A stretch of 64,000 nt of DNA, filler included, from Sphacelaria rigidula (Eukaryota), in the NCBI GenBank assembly GCA_964200075.2. It is 9 parts of 9 records of this genome, joined end to end, with 100 filler letters (N's around TTAATTAATTAA, not from the genome) between each part and the next. Parts side by side here need not be neighbours in the genome. Positions count along the whole stretch, not along the records: positions 7,124 to 14,146 come from CAXNAA020016912.1; positions 14,247 to 21,269 come from CAXNAA020016913.1; positions 21,370 to 28,391 come from CAXNAA020016914.1; 6 more parts are not named here. One strand, written 5' to 3'. Shown piece by piece: positions 12,147 to 24,787 of the stretch (the stretch's first letter is position 1; each line of letters opens with the position of its first letter). The notes beneath the pieces are model-generated. The model saw nothing but the letters and a program-made list of their open reading frames with translations, ran no database searches and was not told the DNA's origin. A program made the translations under genes and the position numbers.

Positions 12147-13842
12147 GCTCCCACCTAACAGCAGTTCTGGACAAGGGTCAGCATAGCAGAGCAACAGCAA
12201 CACGAAACAATGTACGCCCACGATATGAGACACGCGAACCGCACGGATGAATCCAACACACCTTCAAAGATGCTTTCGTGAGATTGAGTAGAGCGTTGAT
12301 TGAAAGTGGGTCTCATCATTCGTTTTGACTGACCAACTTTTCATTTTTGTGTGTGCTTTCTGTGCCTGTAACATCGGCGTGTGCTTACAGCTACATGTCG
12401 ATATTTTACTCATGGATATCAAGGGCTTCAGTGGCAAACCAACACAGAAAGCGCATCTGGCCTTGTGGAGGGGCCTTTCGGAACTGAAACGTTTCATTCA
12501 TTAAACGGTCTCTTCTCGCTCTCAATCGTATCCTCTACTCTCAATCTCTCACGAAAAAACATTGTTATTTGCAGGCTTCAAATGATGCCAACAAACAACA
12601 GCATTTCATTGCATTACTCTCAGCAGACAACACTTACATTTTTTCAGTGAAAAAAAATACGTCGAACGCAACTTCATGTGGAGCGACACAAGGTGTTCAC
12701 CTTCCCTGCCGGATCATGTCGGAATAAAAGTGTACGCATATATGAAACGGGGAGTGGGAGGAATAACAACCAAACGCCTCCTTACTCCGTGTGGATGTCA
12801 AGACTCTCTTTTTGTTCACAACCGATCAAGTGCTACTCTCGGCGTAATCCTGCCAAATCCGGTGACGATTTAACCATGACATCAGTAGCTGCTGGATGTG
12901 CAGAACAAGTACCATAAAACCAATATGGGGTCTGTCAAAAGTCGGGGAAAGTTCTGGCGTGTTAGCTGCTAATAGGGAACGAACTTGTGGTTGCCATACA
13001 TGCCTATAGGGTATGTCATTTCACGTACGTTCCCACTAAACGCAGCGATGCTAACAGGTGGACATCTGACCTTGACATGAGCAGCTCTCACCACGCTCAT
13101 AATTTGTCCGTGGCTAGTGGGTGTCCACGTTATTCGCCATGAGCACGATGCGGTGAGGCAGGGGAGGCACCATAGGTGGGTGAGGAGGCGATGTTTGACG
13201 TGCGCATTCATCGCATGCAAGAACACTTTTTGCTTTTGTTTTGTTTTGTTTTCATGTCACGAAAAAGACGATACCCTCCTGTCCGAACACGCAGTGGATG
13301 ACAGGGCCGTACGAGAAAGGATACTCACATGCACAACAAGTACGAGAGAGGTCCAGGCGCAGTGCAGCTGACTCTCAAATGCGCCTGTGCATCGACCGTT
13401 GTATGGTTGGGTATCGTACCATCACTGCTCGGATGTATTGCCCGGGGTATTATACCGTGCCGTGCAATAGTGTCCTTTATTTCGTGAAACACGGCAAAGA
13501 GAGTTGTGAAGCGATAAAGCCTTGAAAAAAAAAGGTGTTTTTCAAACGAAGGTGTACCTCGTGATTTACCGCTACTTGAGGATTTAGTACGAAGCGACGT
13601 CCACATCCTTTTTTACCGCAAAAGGGTATACAAGTGGCCCCGAAAAGGTAAAGTGGCCAGAGTCCGGTAACTCGTGGCCTAAGAGCATACACAAAAATGC
13701 TGCGACGGGCGAGTATACCTTGCCGTCTTTGGATAGGTCAGGGTACAGGACACTGTGGTGAACTGCCGCTAACTTTGCAGCTGTTCTGAGCACCATCCCA
13801 CATATTCTTCATCGGTTTTCATGCGGCCTGGTCAGGCCGCTC

Positions 13843-13882
13843 CTTATTATTATTATTTATTATTTATTATTATTATTATTAT

Positions 13883-13950
<68 letters not shown>

Positions 13951-14001
13951 TTATTATTGTTATTATTATTACTACTATTATTATTATTTATTATTATTAT
14001 T
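13843..14001. repeat. Compound (TAT)n(TAG)n(TAT)n microsatellite
   Basis: Seen directly. Confidence 0.95.
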
Positions 14002-14146
14002 CATGTATTATTAGGGAAAATGATCCCCCCCTCCATACTCGGATCAAGTAAGCAAAATGATCCGCCGCTCCATACTGGAATCAAGTAAGCGTGTGATCCT
14101 TCTCGGAACACTAATTTACACTAAAAACCACGCGGTCAAGAGCAGC

Positions 14147-14246
14147 NNNNNNNNNNNNNNNNNNNNNNNNNNNNNNNNNNNNNNNNNNNNTTAATTAATT
14201 AANNNNNNNNNNNNNNNNNNNNNNNNNNNNNNNNNNNNNNNNNNNN
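14147..14246. other. Artificial contig linker
   Basis: Same 100-bp N/TTAATTAATTAA/N spacer. Confidence 0.98.
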
Positions 14247-14407
14247 CGCGAAGGTAGAAGAAAGGCGGCCCCACAGGTTCCCCCGGTCCCCAAAACTTAC
14301 AAGCTTTGAAAGCGGGGGCCCCCCCCCCCCCCCCCCCGCGCGCCCAATATTTCACTACATGCGCAGGTGAACTCCACCAACAGGTTGGCCTTTTGCCGAC
14401 TGACAGT

Positions 14408-15953
14408 CTGCCGCGAAAGCCTCTCGGTGATACTGTGGCTGACAAAACTGCTTTCCGCCACCGCGTCCCATCACCCGCCGTTGGGGCCACCCCGTGGGCC
14501 GCCGTGCACCGGCCTTGACAACCCCGAAACGGTGGCCTCCACCCTTCTCTCGGACGAAAAAAATGCGGAGAAGGCTCTCATGCATGACACGATGCGACCA
14601 TCTGTGATGAAGGCAGCGGCGGTGGCGGCTGATTCGAATATCTTGCCCGTAGGCGCCAGCGGATTGAGTGTTCATGACAGGTCCCTTCCGGGTGCGGCAA
14701 CAGCAGCGGAATCGCATATTTCTGGAGAACACAAAAGCGGGAGCAAGCATGAGGGAATGGTACAGAATCGTGGACTCACTGTAGGTGGTTGGCGTGTCGT
14801 TCGTCTAGCGTACGCGGCTTCTTTTGAGGTTGGGGGAACCGATCTCGTGATCAACGTGGATTCTCAGACCGCCGCAAGCGGTGGGCAGGACAGGCAAGGG
14901 TTCCAGATGGCAGGAAAAGACGTCAAGGAAGGCCTAGATGGTGAGGACATCGCCTCGGCCTCGGACCGTGACTCGCGCGTTGGTCGTACACCTGCGAAAC
15001 AACGGGTGCCGTCCTTTGCAAGCACTCCTAGTTCTCATGAGATGTTTTCTGCTGACGGCACCCATAGTGCGGGCGGTCAGGTCATGGAAATCGGACATGG
15101 CAACGCACAGACCAGGCTCACCGGTACCTCGAATCGTCTGCGGTTAACCATCCCTAGGATCGAGATGCACGCCTGCTCACCGCTTGCGGGAAATGCAGCA
15201 ACCGTCGAGCCTCCCGAATGCCCACCGGCCGGCAGCGGCGGCTCCGGGGGAGCAAGTTTAGACGTTGATACGAGCGACCAACTGAATCACGGACTTGCGG
15301 TTGGATCAGCGCTTAGCGGCGGAATGCCTTCAGTCACGGTAACGGCCAAATGGATGGAAGGCCACTTAGTGATGGAGGATTCCCGCTCCATGGCTTTCAC
15401 CTCGCAGGCGGAATTAGAAGTAGAACAGCCGTTGGCGGCAGCTACCGTTAGCGCTACCCACTCCAGCACCACATCCGCGCCGGGATTATCATCGGCAACT
15501 TCAGCCGCGAGGAACGTCGAGCGAGCGTTGCCATCTCCTGCGCTGTCTTCCCCTCCGTCGCCGCCGCTGTCATCAGCAAGAGGGACACACAATCACCTTC
15601 TCAGATGGTTATCGGTACGCAAGGTATCCGTTGAAATGAGTCCGAGAAGGCTGCTGGAATCGACCGGGAAAACTCCCGACCTGCCGTTGGAACTTGACGA
15701 CGGCGGTGAGGCTGTGGCGGTAGATGCTGGCGATGCTGAGGGCACTACGGCTGCTGTGACGATGGGTGTCAAGGTTGGCCATGACGGCGGCTGTGGCAGC
15801 GGTAGCTTGTCGGTAGCATCGAGGCGCGGCCGGTTGGAGTCTCTGGAAGAGGCAAAACGGACGCGGCAAGGGCAAATTGGGATAGAAGTAGACGATGTGT
15901 GGGCGGAGTGGAGTCCACCACTCTTTTTCCTGGCCGGCAAAGCCGGTGCTACG
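14408..15953 (+). CDS. Large exon of a very long protein (possibly BLTP2/Hobbit/SABRE-like)
   Basis: 534-codon open frame, donor ACG|GTAAGC; ends IEVDDVWAEWSPPLFF; 5' boundary (CTGACAG) tentative; product call weak. Confidence 0.75.
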
Positions 15954-16226
15954 GTAAGCGCTGAAACGTGAATAAAACTTACCCAGAGGAGAGAGGGAGA
16001 GTGAGGGCGTGTGCCTGGTATCATGCACGTCTTACATGCTTCCAGCCTTGTGTTTTGGTGCCGAAAGGTAGCCGTACTGCAGCCCTTTGTGGTATCGAAA
16101 ATGTGCCCCCTTCATTTGCATACCCTTCCATGACCTCAAGCGAAATGTCACCCAGCCTCCAATCAACAGGGATACCTAACCCAATAAGACAACAATGCAT
16201 CCTCGTGCGCTACTTCTTCCACACAG

Positions 16227-17752
16227 ATAATATCGTGCCTCATTCACTCGGGCCTGATTCCGGCACCATCCTTCGAGTCCAAGGCCCGCTATGCACCTCT
16301 CACTCATTGGTCACCACCTTCTCGAGGCCAGCCGCCACCGCCCCATCATGCGAACAGTAACACCGTGGGCTCATCGACTGAATCGCCAACGGCGGCGGCT
16401 GAGACGGCTCATGCCACTAGGCGTACGGCAGGACCATCTCCGGGTTTCCCGGGGTTGGTACTTGGGCTTCCACCCGTTGGTCTGCAATCTCGACTAACGG
16501 CCTGCTTTGATAACGCAATTCTGACACAGGGGACCCCGAATGATTCGCCGGCAGCGTCAATGCCACACAATCGTCCGACAGACTGTGACGGGCTGTCAGA
16601 AAAAGAGGTTGGCTCGGCCGCCGTCGGCGACAGCGCAGCAACCGTCGAGGCAACTGCAGGCGATCGGGTCGATCGTGAGGATGCTGATGGTGGCGTTGCT
16701 GCCGCAGGAATGAGCGGAGATAATTACGATCTTGCTCGGCCATTCGCGGAAACGGTTGGTCACGAGCAGGAAAAGGGCGAGGGTGGGACAGGAGGACAAG
16801 ATGACGAAGCGGGCGAACTCCGGCGGACGGAGATGGAAAAGCGGCAGGTTTTGATGATCTGGGCTAGAGATATCAAGGTTGAATTTCCTTATGTGGCGAC
16901 GGTGTGCACGGGCGACATGGAACATGACGACGTACTCCGATGGCTGCAGCGCTTTTGTTCGGTCGCACTGCCGCAAACGCGAAACGAGGTCAATATTCAT
17001 GCACCGCGTGGCGTCCCGAAGAGGCGTGCAACGACGGTGTGCCAGACTCCCGACATGGTGTCGCCGGAGCTTCGACGGCCCGGGTTGATCAAGAGGCCGG
17101 CAGTCTGGTCATGCCAGTTCGTCGAGGCCAAGAAATTTGGCCTCAGTGCTGTCCTCCCCGACGCCGACTTGGCCAGCGGCGGAGGTGGCGCCAAAATGGC
17201 GCCGGATCTGTGCTGCTCCGTGTCCGATGTTTCTGTGTCCACAGCGACGTACGCCGCCAAATCGTCCAACGCGAACCTCAGACGGGATTCTCGAGGTGGT
17301 GGCGGCGGCCTGCAACCTGTCGTAGGCCTATCTGATATCTGGCGTTTCCCGCCTGTTCCTCAGTCTGCAGTGGGAGGGGCGGCGGGAGCTCTTTCGTCGG
17401 GTTCCGACAGGAGTGGCATGGGGACGGTGACAGGGGCGCAGCAAAGGCTGTTGTTGCAGCACCCAATCCGCCGGCGCCAACCGCTCGGCGAATTGCGCTC
17501 AACGACAAAAGCTTCGCAACTGCCATCCGAAGAGCGCTTGGACCGCACATGGTTCGCGAACAACAAGAGTTGTAATCGGAAAGACAGGGTCCGGGCGGAA
17601 GGGTTACACGATGGAGCACGTGGCGGCTGCAGCGACTTTGGCAGGAAGGGGCCATGTCCAGAGAAACCGGCGGAGGCGGATGTTACCACAAGGGGCACAC
17701 GGTTCGCTGTGGCTGTGGGGGTCACAAGACACTGCCCTAGAAGCCGGCGCCG
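16227..17752 (+). CDS. Second large exon of the same gene
   Basis: Acceptor CCACACAG, phase 0, open to donor CG|GTGAGA. Confidence 0.8.
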
Positions 17753-18010
17753 GTGAGACCGTGTGTGTATTTGTGTGCTCCGCAAAATCGACTGCTTCTG
17801 TTTCGCTCGAAAACGATATCTTCCAAAAGTTCGCGGTGATATGTATGCCGACAGCGTGGTGGTGGATACGCGAACACCTCACTGCATCAAACGCTGACCC
17901 TCTCTTTCCCTGATATTCCGCGTTGCCAACCACCTCGACATCATGTTCTTGTTACTGCCTCCACTCTGCTGCCGCCCCTGGGCCTTGTTCTGCACATTTG
18001 CGTGTGGTAG

Positions 18011-18200
18011 ATTCTTGCGCGTAGCTCGATTTGCGGTGTTGCAGATGTCGTCCGCGGAGGGGCACGACGGAGGAGCTTCAGACGAGCGCAACGATGATGG
18101 ACGTGGAAATGTACCTCCAGACGGACCGCGGGCGGTGGACATCTTGGCCGAAGGAGTGGAGGGCGATTGGGCCCCTACCACACGCCTTCAGATCATCAAG
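18011..18200 (+). CDS. Third exon of the same gene
   Basis: Phase-2 acceptor TGGTAG gives FLRVARFAVLQ...VDILAEGVEGDWAPTTRLQIIK; donor GTATGC. Confidence 0.7.
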
Positions 18201-18577
18201 GTATGCGAGGGCTTCCAGGGTGCCACCATAGGTGCTGATGGTTGCAGCTGCGTTTTTGGGGTCGTCGCAATTCATCCCATGGCGATAAAGTGTAAACCTC
18301 CCTCCGTAAGAGTGCACCGAGGTGGGAACGATTTATGAACACGGCTTATCTCAACAACCACGGTGATTTTGGAGAAGGGGTGATGGCGCAGGTTGGGATC
18401 ATGTTGACGTCGTTGTTGTGGTTGATAACGATAATTGTTTTTGCCGTGTATAACGTTGTCGCATTTTTCAAGGTCAAATGAAACAACCACGGTAATACGT
18501 CTACCTCCGTTTCACGCAATGTTCCCGTCGATGATCTGTCGACCAATTTCGTCTCGCAAATTTTAATCGCCGACCAG

Positions 18578-18960
18578 CCCGTGCGCGAGGTAACCCTAAG
18601 CGTGTGGAAGGTCATGCTTCACCTGCGCCGAGCGTGGATGCTCGTTCCTCCGTCGTCGCAGCAGCCGCCCTCGACAAGCCAACGGCGTACCTCTTCCGCT
18701 GCATATACCGCCGAGCCCGGTGCGACTCCTTCTCCCCCCCGAGGAGCAACAGCGTTGAGGGATGAACTAGAAGCACCCATACCGCTCAGCAGCATCCACA
18801 ATGGTGGCGGCGACGACAATGGTAACGGCGGAAGTTATGCCCGCAGTAGTCGCGACAATGCGAAGAACCCGCCTTGGGAAGATGCTGAAGCATTGGAGTA
18901 CTGGTTGAGGGCGTGGGCCGCGGGCGGACCCGCCGGACCGTCGGGCGACACGCTTCACAG
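18578..18960 (+). CDS. Fourth exon of the same gene
   Basis: Acceptor GACCAG, phase 0, PVREVTLSVWKVMLHLRRAW...; donor CAG|GTCTGT tentative. Confidence 0.65.
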
Positions 18961-19399
18961 GTCTGTTGTTCTGTTGTAGAGACGATGGACACGATCGCGT
19001 TTTCGGGGCGGTTGTATGTGGGGGTTGGTGTGAGGGAGAGACACCGCGGTAATATCTTCACGAGTCGTGTTCGCCCTGTCTGTCGCATCGGGCTTGTTTG
19101 TCGAAGAGATCCCTGTTTTTTCCTCCGGTCGTTGCGATTCCCTTTCTTTTTTTTCGCAGCTGTGGTTTTCTCCTTCAACAGTTGTAGCGAGGGAGTGTGA
19201 AGTGATGAAGTCCACCCCGTTTTGGTTATTACGGCGTGTTCCATAAAAAGAACGAACGATATGTTCGGAGGGACGTTTCAAAATGCAAAATGCATAGGAT
19301 GACAATGAAGGCGTGGCTGGTCCTGCTAGAAAGCTGTAAAGAGGAGCTGTGCGGAAATGTACGCCTCGCGTTCACGAGGACAGCTCCGCTCGTGATATA

Positions 19400-20200
19400 T
19401 GACTGAGAATATCTCAGGAAAACTGTTTAAGGCGAGTTGCCAGAACCAACTAGTCGAACACTAGTTTCGCAGGAAAGCGTGGAGAGTTATTCACGTGCGA
19501 GACACCAAACTCTGTGGTCAGATCTTCGAGCTCCTTCCCTCTTCGCACTAAAGACACGGATCTTCAAAATGTGGGAGCAGAAGACTCTGGCTCATGCAGC
19601 TAGATACTGAAATTCGTGTGTATTTCATTGGACACACTCGAAATCAGCTGCTGTGGGTAAGAATAACTCTTGTTGCGCGACGCTCTTGTCCATGCCATTC
19701 AGATGCTCCATCATTCTCTGAGAAGTCAGCAAAAGAAACAAATTTGCAGCAATCGGTCCTCCGGAATAACGCCAAACGTTGGAGAAACCGCTCTTAAGAT
19801 TATGGAGAGTTTCCTACAGTGAAACAAGGCGTTCTCGATGCCAGAGCGATATTAATATCATCAACACATGCTTTGGTCGGCACCCGACCGTCATTCTGTT
19901 GTTTTTTGTTGTATTCAATTCAATATTGAGCGAGGAAGCCCCGAGTCAATTCCTGCAAAATCAGATGACAAGATACAACCTGAGACCCACCACTTATTTT
20001 CGGATAGAGCTTCGGGGCTGTGACGCGCCTGTCCACGAATTCCATCAAATGTTGGAGAATCTGCTCCGAAAATATGCTTTCGACAGCACGTATGATGAGT
20101 AAATGGACGAAACTCGGTGCCACAACATGTAATCCGATCCCATCCTCGTCGTCGTTTTGCGCCGTAATGCAACATTGCACGGATCTCCGTATTGGACGAA
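19400..20200 (+). pseudogene. Highly degenerate hAT-like transposase relic
   Basis: Ordered motif echoes IRVYFIGHTRNQLL (CxxHxLNL), FSEKSAKETNL, NNAKRW...MESFL (TRWNS..M..R) with frameshifts and stops. Confidence 0.4.
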
Positions 20201-20416
20201 CGAGTGGGGCGGATTCTAGAGTTTCTGGTGAAGAATTAGGCTCTGTCCGCATTAAGCCTCACGATCTGGGGCAATAAAACCAGATTCGGATAGTCACAGG
20301 CTTTTACTTATTTTTCGGTTTGCTCACGGCACGCTACAGGCGTTCCGCGACGCGTGTTGTCTCACCAGCGCAACAGCAATGGACATGGTCACTATGGAAC
20401 AATAATACACCTGCAC

Positions 20417-20785
20417 TAAACCGGTCGCCCCGGTGGCTCAGCTGGTAACCTCGAAACCCTCTGACGATTGGGTCGTGGGTTCAATTCTCGGAGTGATCTG
20501 GGATTTTTTCTCACACCATGCCCAGCAGTGGATAGCGATTATGCCGTGGGTACACAAAATTCGACTCAACGGTCAACGAGGGAAAGGGAATGCTGAACCC
20601 CTCTCGCGATGAAAAATAAAAGGCAAGCACCGCAAAAAGAAGGTGGGGTACTGAAGACATGAAACAAAAAGTTCCTGTGTTGACCTTCCTCCCGTGTGAC
20701 CCCGGCTGGTGCGCCCATATATACCGAAATGTGATGACCGGCGTCCAGAATAGATGGGACGACAACACACACACACATACACACT
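20417..20785 (+). mobile_element. tRNA-derived SINE, copy 2, with (CA)n tail
   Basis: A-box TGGCTCAGCTGG, B-box GGTTCAATTC; body colinear with 2807-3170. Confidence 0.75.
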
Positions 20786-20870
20786 GCCCGAGGGTTCACG
20801 GCCCGCCTCCGTTGGGGTTAGGGTTGCGGTTAGCGTTATGGTGTAGGGTAAGCGTCGAAAAAAACTGTTT
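20785..20870 (+). repeat. Fragment of second telomere-repeat-bearing family
   Basis: TGCCCGAGGGTTC...GGGGTTAGGGTTGCGGTTAGCG matches 62566-62630. Confidence 0.6.
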
Positions 20871-21114
20871 TGAACAAAAAAGCGTCAAGGAACGCATAAG
20901 AAAAACGAAAGAAGGATCGGGGACACGGTGGGCTTAGGTACCTCAACTTACAGCACAGAGGAGGTAATAGAGAACCCCACTCTTCGCGGTTCAACAGTTG
21001 AGATGCAAGGACACCTTCCTACTTTCGTCTTCTCGTTGTATTAGCCCGCGTCTCGTTACTCCATTTTTCGCCCTTTGTATTTCAACTCAATCGAACCTTT
21101 TTCTCATCTGCTGC

Positions 21115-21269
21115 CCCCCCCCCCGTCCCCCCATGAGGCAGAGTATAAGGTTTGATTGAGCTGTCTCGGGAAGTGGCGATACCAAAAAATAAAGCAACTC
21201 ATTGTAGGCTGTCATCCAAATGCGAGATAATCAGTACGCTTCGGGCCGAACAATCTTAGCAGGATGCAG
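21115..21269 (-). repeat. Dispersed repeat at contig end
   Basis: Reverse complement of 56980-57145; partial copy at ~4545-4600. Confidence 0.8.
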
Positions 21270-21369
21270 NNNNNNNNNNNNNNNNNNNNNNNNNNNNNNN
21301 NNNNNNNNNNNNNTTAATTAATTAANNNNNNNNNNNNNNNNNNNNNNNNNNNNNNNNNNNNNNNNNNNN
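21270..21369. other. Artificial contig linker
   Basis: Same 100-bp spacer. Confidence 0.98.
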
Positions 21370-21419
21370 ATATATTTTCTACCACCCCCCCCCCCCCCCC
21401 CCCTCTATCGTAGGATGAC

Positions 21420-21965
21420 TCAACTTATGATGCGCCTTTCCAAATTGCCGAATAATAGCGGCGCTGTTTGCCCGTTGGCACAATCTTGATCCATTGCGGC
21501 GAAGAAGGAGTCGCGAATCTGCGTCAAAGAAGCAGCGACGTCAGGGAAGCGACGGTTGATTGCGCGATGCAAAGCCTTGTGTAATGGGGTTTGCCATCCA
21601 TCAATGAAGTCGGAGAATTCGAAACATTGTTGCCCAGTTGCATCGGCCAACTCAAGGATGTTGCGCATTATGCGACGCATTGAGGAAATGAGAGCGGATG
21701 TGAACTGATCAGAGTCCTCATTGTCTGCAGCAGGCATGGTTTTGATATGCCAAAGTTTCTTGACATCCATCTGTAAGTACTCACGCTTGATTGCAGCGAC
21801 ACGATACGCTTTTCTACGAGTATCGGAAGCGACTTTATCAGCGGCAGCTTGTTGTTTGGCTGCGGCGGCGGCAGCTAGTGACCGAGCCGAGGTAGAAGAC
21901 AAGGGGCGAGCCAAATTGTCACTATCACTATCAGTAAGACCTAGGAGGCAAGCAGACGCAGCCAA
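21420..21965 (-). pseudogene. Conserved gag (capsid-like) segment of retrotransposon copy A
   Basis: QMDVKKLWHIKTMPAADNEDSDQFTSALI...GWQTPLHKA nearly identical to the translation of ~52820-53050. Confidence 0.7.
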
Positions 21966-22369
21966 AAAGGGGGCGTTACATGCCTGACGGCCGGTGAGGG
22001 CCGTACGGATCGCGTTGAGGCGTGTTGGCGGTGCCTGGCAGTCGATGAACTTGAAGATTGAGTACCAGACCGTTTGTGGCTGCCCCGGGTTGTGCGTCGA
22101 CCGTTGTTGTTGTTACGGTGGGCCCCGTGACCACGGCGTGGTGCGGCCCCGGGAGGGTCGACGTCAGAGTCATCATCATCACGACGGTGGTGAGGGGGGT
22201 GGGGTGTGATCCAGGCCCCATCATCGTCGGGCGACAGCGTGTTATGAGCTGCACGCATAGCAGCGAAGAGGGCAGCGACGGCGGTCTCATAAGCGGGGCG
22301 ACTGTCCCCGGTACCGATCGTTAGGTACAGTACACAAGTCGCTCGATAGTGAGAGCGCCCGGGTCGTTG

Positions 22370-24787
22370 TTAGGCAGTTGTCCCCATTGCTGAAGGAAAG
22401 GGACGATCATGCTGTTGATCGGCAGAGTAAGCGAGCGCCAAGCCTCCTCGGAGGCGCGGAGAACGTTCTTGCGGTTGTACTTTCCCGAGCGTCCAAGAAA
22501 GCCAAGACCGTTCGCTGCCCTGAAGGCGGAGCCAAGGTGTGAGGGCAGGGGGCGCCGAGGCTTGAAGGTCCTGCGGTGACGATGGTGGGGTGCGCGCAGG
22601 GAAGGCGGTAGGAGCCGCAGCAGCAGCGTATTGGCGCGAGGGTCGGCGGGCCTCCGCCGAGCCTGAATTGGCAGAAAAAGGTGCAGGCGCTGGCTCTGTC
22701 GGCGTGGTCCTCAAAAGAGGAAGATGGTGCTCCTTTTCCAAAGATCGGAGAGCCGAGGTGGCGGTGGCCGTGGCCGTGGTGTATTGGCGCAGGCGGTGTT
22801 CATTGCGCCGGATGATGTCGCGCATCTTGTCGAACGCTGCGAGGCGTTTAGTCAAAGTCTGTTGAACCACCCGCTGGCGGCTGGTCGCCGAGTCGACTGC
22901 CTGGCGTTGGCGCGTTAGACGTGCCGTGACGTCGTCATGAAGGAGACGGTGGGCAGCGTCGTCCGCCGTTTGGCGGAGCGAGGGTGGCGCAGGGTGCGTG
23001 GCTGGGTGCATGGCGCGGTAATCCTCAAGGATTTGCTCCTGATTGGAGCGGGGTCCACGCAACCAGAGTCGGGGAAGAAGGCCCGGCGGGCAGTGCTCGA
23101 CGCCCAACAGGGGGCGGTCGTCCGTGAAAGCATCTGGCGCAGGCGCCCAAGCCGATTTCGTGGCAGGAGTATCTTGTGGCGAAGGGTCGGATCCCGCCGG
23201 AGCGACTGTGGCAGGGTTGTCACCCTGATCCGCCGTGGCGGGAGCCGTAGTTGTCGCCGCGTGGGGGGCGGAGGGCGTGGCACGGGTGCTTTCTGCATCC
23301 GTATCGATGTCAGCCGCAGTAGGTGTAGGGGCTGCGATGGGGGCGGTAGTCGAAGGTGCCGGAGCGTCAGCCATGACAGAAGCAGATCGCAGGTATCGCC
23401 GGAGATCTGTGATTTGTCGTTCCACCGCACGCACGGTGGCAGCATCGGGATGGGGCGGAAGGCCACGGTGAGTGCTGTGTTCATCGCGTACGGGTTTGTG
23501 GATGTCAGTCAACGAAGCATTCGTGGGCAACCGTGAACTCACGCGGGTTTGATCGACAGATTTGGGTCGTGAGGATCCCGTGGTTGATGATAATCCTGAT
23601 AGCAATGCACGTACGTCATGAACATGAGTGGTACGATCACCATGGTGGACAGTGTCGTCACCATCCATATCCGAATCAAAGGGAACATCTGAGGTCGAAT
23701 GTTCGTCATCATGGTCTGCATTCGGTGGTACAGAGGCCTGATGGTTCACACTACTGTCAAAGCGAACACGATTTGAGGACGTTGAGTGTTGAACGGTTGT
23801 GTGAAACGCGACCGCAAGCACTTGTGAAAGGGCAGTTGTCGCCGGACCGTCAGAAATGACAGCGGGTGATGAACAGAGCAAGTTCTCAACAGCCGTGACT
23901 AAAGGCAGGTGCCCTGTGGAAGGCTTTTCTGAGCGGCCAAGACGCGAGGAGGATGCTCGGCGCGAGGGCTGGTGAACAGAATTGTCCTCACGATACATAC
24001 CGTATCGTCGCGGGCGCTGTAAGGCATCGGAACCCTTGTGCGACGTACCGAAAACGTCGGCAGGCATGGACGGATGCCGTTCATTAAGACGGTGAGCGCG
24101 GAGTGACTCGATAACCGCGGCGAAAGCCTGGAGCGGTTTGCGTTGCACAGCAGTGGAAACGCGTGGCGACTCGGCAGATATGTTGGAACTCCGAGACGGT
24201 GTGAGTTTCTCAACAGAGCGAGCGCATAACGGCTCGTCGATCATGTTGGAACTCCGAGACGGCGTGTGTTTCACAACAGAGCGAGCGGGTAGCGACTCGA
24301 CGATCATGTTGGAAGTCTTGAACAGTGGACGGTCCGCGACAGAGCGAGCGCGTAGCGACTCATCGTTCATGTCGGGAGTCTTGGACGGTGTGCGTTTCGC
24401 AACAGAGCGAGCGCGTAGCGACTCGACGATCATATTGGAAGTCTTGGACAAATGGCGGTCGTGGTCACCAGTAGCAGCCAAGTCTTCAGACGTGTAGTCG
24501 CCAGAGTGGAGGGCCGAAGCTCTGTCGAATTTTACTTCTTCGTGTACAGGGGAAGTAAGAGTGAATGGTTCTGAAGGAAGTGATGAAGGGAAGCACTGAC
24601 GGCGTAAAGATTTGAAAGGAGGAAGGGACGAGGGGAGAAATATTTTCTGTGGTTGCGCCATATTAAATTGAAGAGGTAGAAATGGACGCCAGACACCAGA
24701 GTACAATAGTTCTGGTGTAATAATAGCAAGTAGTGTATGCTCGACAGGAGGTTGTAAGTATCGAAAAATGAGCAGAAAAGACTGCAC
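22370..24787 (-). CDS. 805-codon N-terminal gag-like ORF (low complexity, coiled coil, 21-aa tandem repeats)
   Basis: Long open frame; segment PRSNQEQILEDY...ADDAAHRLL aligns with PRAEQLQLIDDY...ADAAAARLL at 53690-54460; downstream continuation frameshifted. Confidence 0.65.
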   Translation of the reverse strand: MQSFLLIFRYLQPPVEHTLLAIITPELLYSGVWRPFLPLQFNMAQPQKIFLPSSLPPFKSLRRQCFPSSLPSEPFTLTSPVHEEVKFDRASALHSGDYTSEDLAATGDHDRHLSKTSNMIVESLRARSVAKRTPSKTPDMNDESLRARSVADRPLFKTSNMIVESLPARSVVKHTPSRSSNMIDEPLCARSVEKLTPSRSSNISAESPRVSTAVQRKPLQAFAAVIESLRAHRLNERHPSMPADVFGTSHKGSDALQRPRRYGMYREDNSVHQPSRRASSSRLGRSEKPSTGHLPLVTAVENLLCSSPAVISDGPATTALSQVLAVAFHTTVQHSTSSNRVRFDSSVNHQASVPPNADHDDEHSTSDVPFDSDMDGDDTVHHGDRTTHVHDVRALLSGLSSTTGSSRPKSVDQTRVSSRLPTNASLTDIHKPVRDEHSTHRGLPPHPDAATVRAVERQITDLRRYLRSASVMADAPAPSTTAPIAAPTPTAADIDTDAESTRATPSAPHAATTTAPATADQGDNPATVAPAGSDPSPQDTPATKSAWAPAPDAFTDDRPLLGVEHCPPGLLPRLWLRGPRSNQEQILEDYRAMHPATHPAPPSLRQTADDAAHRLLHDDVTARLTRQRQAVDSATSRQRVVQQTLTKRLAAFDKMRDIIRRNEHRLRQYTTATATATSALRSLEKEHHLPLLRTTPTEPAPAPFSANSGSAEARRPSRQYAAAAAPTAFPARTPPSSPQDLQASAPPALTPWLRLQGSERSWLSWTLGKVQPQERSPRLRGGLALAYSADQQHDRPFPSAMGTTA

